A stretch of DNA of 64,000 bases from an uncultured Mollicutes bacterium (GTDB lineage: Bacteria > Bacillota_I > Bacilli_A > RFN20 > CAG-826). Shown piece by piece: positions 17,831-25,987 of the stretch; within the stretch, counting starts at the first letter, position 1; each line of letters starts with the position of its first letter. Location: contig UQFN01000003.1 of the NCBI GenBank assembly GCA_900540365.1, positions 21,139 to 85,138 on the forward strand. Direction: 5' to 3'. The translations under genes were made by a program, and so were the position numbers. A model generated the notes under the pieces. The model saw only the letters and a list, made by a program, of their open reading frames with translations, was not told the DNA's origin and did no database searches.

Positions 17831-18784
17831 ATGAAAAAAATAGAAAAACACAATTTGAAAATTTTATATTTAGGAACTCCGGAAATAAGTAGTATTGTCT
17901 TAAGTAAACTTATTGAAAACAATTTTAATATTGTAGGAGTTATTGCCCAACCTGATAAAGAAAAGGATCGTAAAGGTAATATTATTCCAGTTGCAACTAA
18001 ACAAATTGCTTTGGTCCATAATATACCCGTATATCAATTTGATAAAATTAGAAATCATTATGAAGAAGTCAAACAACTTAAGTTTGATATTATTTTAACG
18101 ATGGCTTATGGGCAAATTATTTCTGAAGACATTTTAAGATTACCTCGATTAGGTGCATATAATTTACATGGATCATTATTACCTAAATATCGTGGAGCGG
18201 CTCCAATTCAATTTGCTTTACTTAATGGTGATAAAGAAACAGGTGTAACTTTAATGGAAATGGTTAAAGAAATGGATGCTGGTAAAATGTTTTACAAGGT
18301 AAAAGTTCCTATTTTAGATGAAGATAACTTCACAACTCTTTCTAAAAAAATTGCATATGCCTGTTTTGAAGCTTTTGATCAAGGAATTGAAGATGTCATT
18401 AACGGCCTTAATAAGGGTATTGAGCAAAATATTGAAGAAGTTTCCTTTACAGCTAAAATTTCAAATGATGTTGAAATGATAGATTTTAATCAATCTTCAG
18501 AGAAAATTTGTAATATAATTCGTGCGATTTCGATGAATATCGGTGGTTATTTTATTTATAATGATGAAAAATTTAAAGTTTTCTCGGCATTGCCTGTTAT
18601 TTTGGATGGTAAAACAACACCTGGAAAGATTTCTAAATATGATAAAAATGGATTTTTTGTTGAAACAAAAAATGGTTATATTGATATAAAAATTTTGCAA
18701 AAACCCGGAAAGAAAATTTCTAATTTTAAAGATTTTTACAATGGTAATCAAAAATTGTTCACAGTTGGACAAATTATTAAATGA
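17831..18784 (+). CDS. fmt: Methionyl-tRNA formyltransferase
   Basis: ILYLGTPEISS..., HGSLLPKYRGAAPIQ motif. Confidence 0.9.
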   Translation: MKKIEKHNLKILYLGTPEISSIVLSKLIENNFNIVGVIAQPDKEKDRKGNIIPVATKQIALVHNIPVYQFDKIRNHYEEVKQLKFDIILTMAYGQIISEDILRLPRLGAYNLHGSLLPKYRGAAPIQFALLNGDKETGVTLMEMVKEMDAGKMFYKVKVPILDEDNFTTLSKKIAYACFEAFDQGIEDVINGLNKGIEQNIEEVSFTAKISNDVEMIDFNQSSEKICNIIRAISMNIGGYFIYNDEKFKVFSALPVILDGKTTPGKISKYDKNGFFVETKNGYIDIKILQKPGKKISNFKDFYNGNQKLFTVGQIIK

Positions 18785-21147
18785 AAAAAATAATAGATTT
18801 AAGTGTACATCAATTAGTTGACTTATCTTTAAGAAGCGGAAGTATTGATGAAAGAGTATTTAATCAAGGAACTTTATCTGAAGGAACTTTAATTCATCAG
18901 TATTATCAAAAACAACAAAAATCAAATTATTATCCAGAAGTTAGTTTATCTAGAATTTTTGAATATAGAAATTTAACTATTAATTTACATGGAAGATGTG
19001 ATGGCTTAATTAAAAACGCAGATGGAAGTTTTTCTATCGATGAAATTAAAACAACTAATGCTGATTTAGAATTATTTTATGAGCAAAATAAAAATTGGCA
19101 TTTAGGACAAGCAATTTGTTATGCATATATTTATTGCTTAAATAATAACCTTAATAATATCAGCATCTTTTTAACTTATATTTCACAAAAAAATAAAAAA
19201 ACAAGTGTTAAGAAATTCTCGTTTACAATAAGTGAATTACAACAAGAAGTTGAACATTACCTTGATATTTACATTGATTTTTTATCAATTATTGAAAATC
19301 TAAACAAAGAAAAAATTATTTCTTTACGCAATTTTGAATTTCCATATAGCTTGATGCATAAAGGACAATTCGAATTAATTAGTTTTTGTAAAGATATAAT
19401 CACTAATCGTCAAATAGGTTTTGTTGAAGCAGCTACAGGTCTTGGGAAAACAGTATCAACAATATTTTCAACTTTTGATTCTTTAATAAATAAACAAAAC
19501 GATAAAATTTTTTATTTAACTGCCAAAAATAGTGGATTTTTTCAAGCTAATGAGACTTTTAGACTCTTTGTAAATAAGGGAGCAAAAATTAAAGTAGTTA
19601 ACATTTTAGGCAAAGAAAAAATGTGTTTATGTGAAAAAAGAAAATGTAATCCCGATAACTGTATTTTTGCAAAAGATTATTATGATAAATTACTTAATGT
19701 TTTAAAAAAATGTTTGCATGAAGAAAATGTTTTTGATGAAGAATATTTAAAAAAAGTTGCTTGGGAAAATACAATTTGTCCATTTGAGTTATCACTAGAT
19801 TTAAGCTTATTCTCAGACTTTATTGTTTGTGATTATAATTATTGTTTTCATCCGATTTCGTATTTAAAAAGATTTTTTGAAGCTCCTGATAAGCAATATA
19901 ATATGTTCTTTTTAGTTGATGAAGCTCATAACTTAGTTAGTCGAAGCAAAGATATGTATAGTTCAACATTAACCTTATCAAGTCTTTTATCATTTAAAAA
20001 AGGATTCAAAAAGGAAAAGTCAGTATCAGTAAAAAAAGCAATCAAAGTAATTGAAGAATATTTTGAGGAGTTTATAAATTTTGATTTTACACAAGAAGAT
20101 GGAAGTTTAGCTCAGGATATTTTAGTTAATAATCTTGATGAAGGATTTGTTAATGCCTTAAAAAATTTTGATGAGAAATTTAAAAAATTTTCTAATGATA
20201 ACACTAACTTTTATAGTGAAGATTGCGAAGAATTTTCACGTGAAGTATTTAAATTTTTAAAAATTAATGATTTAAGAAATAAGAGTTTCTATATATATGT
20301 ACATAAATCAACTGAAACAGACTTGTACATCAAATTATTATGTATTGATGCTTCATTTTTTATAAAAAATATTTTAAATAGAACAAATGGAGCAATCTTT
20401 TTTAGTGGTACTTTAACTCCATTAGAATATTATGAAAAAGTTATTATTGGTTCTAATGAATCTAAAAAAATATTATTAAGAAGTCCCTTTGATCCGAATA
20501 ATTTTAATTTATTAATTAATACAAATACATCCATTTTGTATTCAAAAAGAAAAGAAACTATTAACGTAGTAATTGATTACATTAATAATTTTATAGATGC
20601 AAAAATTGGTAATTATCTAGTATTTGCGCCTTCATTTGAATATTTAAGGATGTTAAAAGAATCTATGCCAAAAAATAAAGATAAAAAGCTAATTTTTCAA
20701 AATCGCTTAATGAGTCAAAAAGAAAAAGATAGTTTTATTAAAAATTTTAAAAATAATCCTAAGAAAACTGCTGTTGGATTTGCTGTAATGGGTGGTAGCT
20801 TTAGTGAAGGTATAGATTTAGCAAATGATAAATTAATTGGTGTAATTATTATTGGAATAGGCTTACCTAGTTTTAATTTTGAAAATAATTTAATGAAAGA
20901 ATATTACGACAATCTTTCTCAAAATGGTAATGAATTTGCTTACATTAATCCTGGAATGAATCATGTAATGCAAGCAGTAGGAAGACTAATTAGAAGTGAA
21001 AGTGATAAAGGAAGTGCTTTATTAATTGATACTAGATATTTAAACGCTAATTATCGAAATCTATTTAAGGATGAACGGAATAATTACAAAAGAATTTATT
21101 CTTTTGAAGAATTGCGAAATATTTTGAACAATTTTTACAAAAATTGA
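18781..21147 (+). CDS. PD-(D/E)XK nuclease domain fused to an XPD/DinG-family Fe-S DNA helicase
   Basis: N-terminus has GRCDGLIKNADGSFSIDEIKT and QAICYAY (RecB/Cas4-like motifs). Walker A AATGLGKT, Cys cluster CLCEKRKCNPDNC...CPFE, DEAH box VDEAHNL, motif VI QAVGRLIRS. ATGA overlap with fmt. Confidence 0.7.
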   Translation: MKKIIDLSVHQLVDLSLRSGSIDERVFNQGTLSEGTLIHQYYQKQQKSNYYPEVSLSRIFEYRNLTINLHGRCDGLIKNADGSFSIDEIKTTNADLELFYEQNKNWHLGQAICYAYIYCLNNNLNNISIFLTYISQKNKKTSVKKFSFTISELQQEVEHYLDIYIDFLSIIENLNKEKIISLRNFEFPYSLMHKGQFELISFCKDIITNRQIGFVEAATGLGKTVSTIFSTFDSLINKQNDKIFYLTAKNSGFFQANETFRLFVNKGAKIKVVNILGKEKMCLCEKRKCNPDNCIFAKDYYDKLLNVLKKCLHEENVFDEEYLKKVAWENTICPFELSLDLSLFSDFIVCDYNYCFHPISYLKRFFEAPDKQYNMFFLVDEAHNLVSRSKDMYSSTLTLSSLLSFKKGFKKEKSVSVKKAIKVIEEYFEEFINFDFTQEDGSLAQDILVNNLDEGFVNALKNFDEKFKKFSNDNTNFYSEDCEEFSREVFKFLKINDLRNKSFYIYVHKSTETDLYIKLLCIDASFFIKNILNRTNGAIFFSGTLTPLEYYEKVIIGSNESKKILLRSPFDPNNFNLLINTNTSILYSKRKETINVVIDYINNFIDAKIGNYLVFAPSFEYLRMLKESMPKNKDKKLIFQNRLMSQKEKDSFIKNFKNNPKKTAVGFAVMGGSFSEGIDLANDKLIGVIIIGIGLPSFNFENNLMKEYYDNLSQNGNEFAYINPGMNHVMQAVGRLIRSESDKGSALLIDTRYLNANYRNLFKDERNNYKRIYSFEELRNILNNFYKN

Positions 21148-21153
21148 TATAAT
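21124..21153 (+). promoter_or_regulatory. lepA promoter (extended -10), probably giving a leaderless mRNA
   Basis: TTGAAC-18nt-TATAAT with TGn (TGATATAAT). The -10 ends 8 nt before ATG 21162 and there is no SD. Confidence 0.55.
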
Positions 21154-21161
21154 CAATAACT

Positions 21162-22976
21162 ATGAAATACAATAAATCACGTATTAGGAATTTTAGTATT
21201 ATTGCTCATATCGATCATGGTAAATCTACTTTGGCTGATCGTATTTTAGAACTTACCAATACTATTACTAAACGTGAGATGAAAGACCAAATTCTTGATT
21301 CGATGGACTTAGAAAGAGAAAGAGGTATTACAATTAAATTAAACGCAGTAACTATCGAATATTTGGCTGATGATGGACAAGAATATATTTTTAATCTAAT
21401 TGATACTCCAGGGCATGTAGATTTTACTTATGAAGTTTCGCGTTCTTTAGCTGCATGTGAAGGAGCTTTACTTATTGTCGATGCTACTCAAGGAGTTGAG
21501 GCACAAACCTTGGCTAATATGTATTTAGCAATAGATAATGATTTAGAAATTATCCCTGTTATTAATAAAATTGATTTGCAAAGTGCAATGATTGATGTTT
21601 GCAAAAAAGAAATTAAGGATCGATTAGGTCTTGATGGTGATAATGCTATATTAGCTAGTGCTAAAACCGGAGAAAATGTTAAAGAAATTTTGGAAAGAAT
21701 TGTAAAAGATATCCCTGCCCCATCAGGAAACAATGAAAATCCTTTAAAAGCTCTTATTTTTGATAGCTATTATGATTCGTATCGTGGAGTAGTTGTTTTA
21801 ATTCGAATTAAAGATGGTTCTGTAAAAGTTGGAGACCAAATTAAACTAATGCGTTCAAATAAAATTTATACAGTTACTGAATTAGGAATTCGTACTCCAA
21901 GCGAAATAAAAAGTGATGCTTTATATTGTGGAGAAGTTGGTTACTTATGTGCACAAATTAAGGATATTAAAGATGTCCGTGTTGGTGAAACTATAACTTT
22001 AGTTAATAATGAAGCTAGTGAAGCTTTACCAGGATATCGCAATATTAATCCAATGGTATTTTGTGGAATATATCCAACTGATAGCCGTAAATATCAAGAT
22101 TTAAAAGATGCTTTAGAAAAATTAAGTCTTAATGATAGTAGTTTAAAATTTGAACCTGAAACCTCTCAAGCATTAGGATTTGGCTTTAGATGCGGATTTT
22201 TAGGTCTTTTACATATGGATGTTATTCAAGAACGATTAGAAAGAGAATATAATTTAGATCTCATTTTAACTGCACCAAGCGTTATATATAAAATTGTAAT
22301 GACAAATGGAGAAGTAATTAATTTAGATAATCCTAGCAAAATGCCTGATTTAACTTTAATTAAATCAATTGAAGAACCTTATGTAAAAGCAAGTATTATG
22401 ACGCCAAAAGATTATGTCGGTCCAATTATGCAACTTTGCCAAGATAAACGTGGTATTTATATTGATTTAGAATATTTTGATGATACAAGAATGATTTTGC
22501 ATTATGAAATACCATTAAGCGAAATTATTTATAACTTCTTTGATAAATTAAAAAGCTATAGCAAAGGATATGCTTCACTTGATTATGAATTAAGTGATTA
22601 TAAAGCGAGCAATCTAGCAAAAATGGATGTTTTATTAAATGGGGAAGTAGTTGATGCATTAAGCTCAATTGTTTATAAACCATTTGCTTATCATCGCGGA
22701 ATTAGGCTTGTTAGTAAGTTAAAAGAAGTCATTCCTCGCCAACAATTTGAGGTTCCAATTCAAGCAGCAATTAATGGAAAAATAATTGCTAGAGCAGATG
22801 TTAAAGCAGTTAGAAAAGATGTTTTAGCTAAATGCTATGGTGGAGATATTACAAGAAAACGTAAATTACTCGAGAAGCAAAAAGAGGGAAAGAAACGTAT
22901 GAAATCAATCGGAAGTGTTGATGTTCCGCAAGAAGCTTTTATGAGTATTTTATCTTTAGATGATGAGGAAAATTAA
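21162..22976 (+). CDS. lepA: Elongation factor 4 (LepA)
   Basis: [28 protein letters not shown], and a conserved LepA C-terminus. Confidence 0.95.
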   Translation: MKYNKSRIRNFSIIAHIDHGKSTLADRILELTNTITKREMKDQILDSMDLERERGITIKLNAVTIEYLADDGQEYIFNLIDTPGHVDFTYEVSRSLAACEGALLIVDATQGVEAQTLANMYLAIDNDLEIIPVINKIDLQSAMIDVCKKEIKDRLGLDGDNAILASAKTGENVKEILERIVKDIPAPSGNNENPLKALIFDSYYDSYRGVVVLIRIKDGSVKVGDQIKLMRSNKIYTVTELGIRTPSEIKSDALYCGEVGYLCAQIKDIKDVRVGETITLVNNEASEALPGYRNINPMVFCGIYPTDSRKYQDLKDALEKLSLNDSSLKFEPETSQALGFGFRCGFLGLLHMDVIQERLEREYNLDLILTAPSVIYKIVMTNGEVINLDNPSKMPDLTLIKSIEEPYVKASIMTPKDYVGPIMQLCQDKRGIYIDLEYFDDTRMILHYEIPLSEIIYNFFDKLKSYSKGYASLDYELSDYKASNLAKMDVLLNGEVVDALSSIVYKPFAYHRGIRLVSKLKEVIPRQQFEVPIQAAINGKIIARADVKAVRKDVLAKCYGGDITRKRKLLEKQKEGKKRMKSIGSVDVPQEAFMSILSLDDEEN

Positions 22977-22977
22977 G

Positions 22978-23010
22978 TAGTAATTTTTTAGTAATTTTTT
23001 AGTAGATTGA
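22978..23010 (+). repeat. 11-bp-phased TAGTA array (3 units)
   Basis: TAGTAATTTTT TAGTAATTTTT TAGTAGATTGA, starting 1 nt after the lepA stop. Confidence 0.85.
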
Positions 23011-23012
23011 TG

Positions 23013-23041
23013 TTGTCACAAAATCATTTTATTAATATAAT
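23013..23041 (+). promoter_or_regulatory. Sigma-A type promoter for the Fic-like gene
   Basis: TTGTCA-17nt-TATAAT, about 18 nt upstream of the ATG. Confidence 0.6.
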
Positions 23042-23059
23042 TAATAAGAGAGGTTATAT

Positions 23060-24448
23060 ATGGGTGCTAATGATTTAGGAGTTCGCTTTAGTAATAACAT
23101 CTATGCAACTCAGCAAGATGTAAAAAAAGCGATGAAAATACAATTAATAGATAATATTTGGAATCAAATTCTTGAATATAGAAGTAATTTCCAAATTATT
23201 TTAAGCTTAAAACACATTACAGGGGTTAATTATAGTATTTGTTTAACGCCTACTATCAGTGAACGTATAAATAAAGTTGAACGCAAATTAGTTCGTGCAA
23301 TGCTTAATTATTCAAAATTAGGGAAAAATGGAAAAAGAGCTTTTAAAGAAAACTCTTTACACATTATATTAAAGTCTATTGCAAGAAAATATAAATTAGA
23401 AATCAATGAATCTGATTTATCAAATATTATTAATGGCAATGAAAATTTACTTTCACCTGATTTATATATTTTAAGTAGATACTATGATGCTTTAATGAAA
23501 GTCGTTGATAATTATCAATACGATATTAATGATGACTTTTTAGGATTAATTTATAGCGCATTACTTGGAACTAATGATTTAACCGAATTTTATCGAACAA
23601 CAGAAGTTAATTCTGGATTAAGTAAAGTAGTTATCAATCGTTTATATTTAGGAGTTCCTGTTGACAATATTGAAACATCAATGAATTCTTTGATTACTTT
23701 CTTAAAAACTAGCAATGCTTCTTTATTTGTTAAAGCTGTTAGCGCTCTTTATTATGTATACTATATAAAACCATTTGAGACTTTTAGCGAAGAAATAAGT
23801 GTTTTATTATTTAAAAATATCTTAGCTCATAATGATTTAGAAGAAGTTAGTGTCTTTTTAAATGTTGAAGAGTTATTACTTAATAAAGAAGAACTTGAAG
23901 CAATTATCTTAGAAAGTCAAAGAACTTTAGATTTAACTTATGTCATTGATTATGTTTTAAGAAAATTTGAATCTGGTATGGATGAATATTTAGATCGAAT
24001 TGTAAAATCAATGCGTGATGAGATAAAAGAAGAAACATATAGTGTTGACAATAAAGAAAATAAAATAGAAAATGAAACGATTGAAAAGCCTGTAGTTGAA
24101 GAAATTAGTAAACAAGCTGTTGAAGAACCAAAGCAAACAACTAGCGTTCTAAATTACAATAAAACTATTGCCTTTTCAAATATTCCAGAAGGATTAAGTG
24201 AAGAAGAAGCATCTAAACTGGAGACACGTCTTCTTGAAATTTATCCTGATTTATCGCGTTCGCAAGCTTATTTTTATGCAAGACATTGTACTCTTGGATC
24301 AAAATATACTATTGCCCAATTTAAAAAGGAAGTTGGTTGTGCTTATGAAACAGCTAGAACAAGCATGGATTTCCTTGTTTACCTTGGATTTTATCGAAAA
24401 GAACCATTAAAAAATAAATTTGTTTATATACCAGTTAAGAAAAATTAA
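23060..24448 (+). CDS. Fic-fold protein with degenerate active-site motif and C-terminal winged-helix domain
   Basis: YYVYYIKPFETFSEEISVLLF aligns to the Fic core xxIHPFxDGNGRxxRLL, but with His->Lys and GNGR lost. The C-terminus YTIAQFKKEVGCAYETARTSMDFLVYLGFY is wHTH-like. Confidence 0.45.
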   Translation: MGANDLGVRFSNNIYATQQDVKKAMKIQLIDNIWNQILEYRSNFQIILSLKHITGVNYSICLTPTISERINKVERKLVRAMLNYSKLGKNGKRAFKENSLHIILKSIARKYKLEINESDLSNIINGNENLLSPDLYILSRYYDALMKVVDNYQYDINDDFLGLIYSALLGTNDLTEFYRTTEVNSGLSKVVINRLYLGVPVDNIETSMNSLITFLKTSNASLFVKAVSALYYVYYIKPFETFSEEISVLLFKNILAHNDLEEVSVFLNVEELLLNKEELEAIILESQRTLDLTYVIDYVLRKFESGMDEYLDRIVKSMRDEIKEETYSVDNKENKIENETIEKPVVEEISKQAVEEPKQTTSVLNYNKTIAFSNIPEGLSEEEASKLETRLLEIYPDLSRSQAYFYARHCTLGSKYTIAQFKKEVGCAYETARTSMDFLVYLGFYRKEPLKNKFVYIPVKKN

Positions 24449-24462
24449 AGATAGGAGAAATT

Positions 24463-24723
24463 ATGAATTTATTAGATAACAATTTATGGAATAATCCTGG
24501 AATTATTTTAATACTAATTATAGTAGTCTTTGCCATAATTGCTTTATTGGTTTTCTTTATTAGAAAATTAATATTCAAAAATAAAAAAGAAGATAAACCA
24601 GATGAAGATACAATTGTAAAAGAAGATTTGAATCGTTATTTAGTTGATGTAGATGACGAAGAAACTAAAAAAGAATTCGAAAAATTTGAAAAAGAAAACG
24701 AAAATGAAACAAAAGATAAATAG
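24463..24723 (+). CDS. Small single-pass membrane protein with acidic/lysine-rich tail
   Basis: RBS AGGAGA. One TM segment (GIILILIIVVFAIIALLVFFI). The 3' end overlaps the hemW start. Confidence 0.55.
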   Translation: MNLLDNNLWNNPGIILILIIVVFAIIALLVFFIRKLIFKNKKEDKPDEDTIVKEDLNRYLVDVDDEETKKEFEKFEKENENETKDK

Positions 24724-25807
24724 TCTTTATGTTCATATTCCATTTTGTAGAAATATTTGCTCCTATTGTGATTTTTTTAAAATATTAAAAAACAAAACTT
24801 TTGAAGACAAATATATAAATGAACTTGTTAAGGATTTAAAAGAAGTCCAAAACAAGTTTTTATTATTTAAAACAATTTATATTGGTGGAGGAACACCATC
24901 TTGTTTAGAATTTAATAATTTAGAGAAAATACTAAAAGTATTATCTAAAATGCATCTAAATAAATATGAATTTACTATTGAATGTAATCCAGAAGATATT
25001 AATGATGAATTTATAAAATTAATTACTAAATATGGAGTTAATCGAGTATCTATCGGAATTCAAACATTTAATCAAAGTTCATTAGCTAGACTTAATCGTC
25101 AAAGTAATATTGACTTTAAAGAAGCAATAAATAGAACAAAAAAATATATTTCAAATATTAATGTTGATTTTATATATGGTTTACCTAATGAAAATTTAAA
25201 TGATATTAAAAATAATTTAGATACTTTCCTTGAACTAGATGTTAACCATGTTTCTTTATATAGTTTAACAATAAGTAAAAATACTTTATTTTATAATCAA
25301 AAAATAAAAGAAATAAGCGAGGATGATTCACGTATATATTATGACTATATAAGTAGTAGATTAAATAAAAATGGATTTAAATGTTATGAAGTAAGTAATT
25401 TTGCTAAAAAAGGTTTTGAATCAAAACATAATTTAAATTATTGGCTTGATAATTTTTATCTTGGAATAGGAGCAGGAGCACACGGATATATTAACAATGT
25501 GCGTTATAAAGTCTCTTCTAATCTTTTATTATATTTAAATGGCGAAAGAAAAATTGAAGAAGAAGTAATAGATGAAAAACTACATAAAGAAGAGTTTATT
25601 ATGGTTGGGTTAAGACTTAAAAAGGGACTAAGTCTAATTAAATATGAAAGTATTTTTAAAGTTAATTTTTTAGAAGAATTTTCTAAAATAATAGATATAT
25701 TAGTTAAAGAAAGACTTATAAAAATTGATAAAAATTATTTAAAATGTACAAAAAAGGGCTTTATTATTCAGGATCAAATAATAGTTAAATTTTTTGAGTA
25801 TATATAA
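24704..25807 (+). CDS. hemW: Radical SAM heme chaperone HemW (HemN-like)
   Basis: Start moved to MKQKINSLYVHIPFCRNICSYCDF (CxxxCxxC). lepA-hemW-hrcA synteny. Confidence 0.85.
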   Translation: MKQKINSLYVHIPFCRNICSYCDFFKILKNKTFEDKYINELVKDLKEVQNKFLLFKTIYIGGGTPSCLEFNNLEKILKVLSKMHLNKYEFTIECNPEDINDEFIKLITKYGVNRVSIGIQTFNQSSLARLNRQSNIDFKEAINRTKKYISNINVDFIYGLPNENLNDIKNNLDTFLELDVNHVSLYSLTISKNTLFYNQKIKEISEDDSRIYYDYISSRLNKNGFKCYEVSNFAKKGFESKHNLNYWLDNFYLGIGAGAHGYINNVRYKVSSNLLLYLNGERKIEEEVIDEKLHKEEFIMVGLRLKKGLSLIKYESIFKVNFLEEFSKIIDILVKERLIKIDKNYLKCTKKGFIIQDQIIVKFFEYI

Positions 25808-25839
25808 AAATATACTTAAAGTATACTAGAAAACTACTA
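25807..25839 (-). repeat. 11-bp-phased TAGTA array (3 units, inverted relative to hemW)
   Basis: Minus strand TAGTAGTTTTC TAGTATACTTT AAGTATATTTT. Abuts the hemW stop codon. Confidence 0.7.
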
Positions 25840-25902
25840 AATTATATTTTATCTGTTTTTTTCAAGTTTGTACAAAAATGGGTAAAAATATTTAATAAAA
25901 AT

Positions 25903-25929
25903 TTAGCACTTTTTTATTGACAGTGCTAA
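25903..25929 (+). promoter_or_regulatory. CIRCE operator 1 (HrcA binding site)
   Basis: TTAGCACTT-N9-CAGTGCTAA, compared with consensus TTAGCACTC-N9-GAGTGCTAA. Confidence 0.9.
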
Positions 25930-25945
25930 TTTGTTAGTTTATATT
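25917..25945 (+). promoter_or_regulatory. hrcA operon sigma-A promoter
   Basis: TTGACA-17nt-TATATT. The -35 is embedded in CIRCE 1. Confidence 0.7.
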
Positions 25946-25949
25946 ATTG

Positions 25950-25976
25950 TTAGCACTTAGAAAAAATGAGTGCTAA
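25950..25976 (+). promoter_or_regulatory. CIRCE operator 2
   Basis: TTAGCACTT-N9-GAGTGCTAA, just downstream of the -10. Confidence 0.9.
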
Positions 25977-25987
25977 AGAGAACAAAT

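Noticed and set aside
22978-23010. TAGTA arrays as a CRISPR array or as coding tandem repeats
   Set aside because: The units are only 11 nt with no spacers and at most four copies, and they contain stop codons in all frames. They are therefore reported as a separate repeat family instead.
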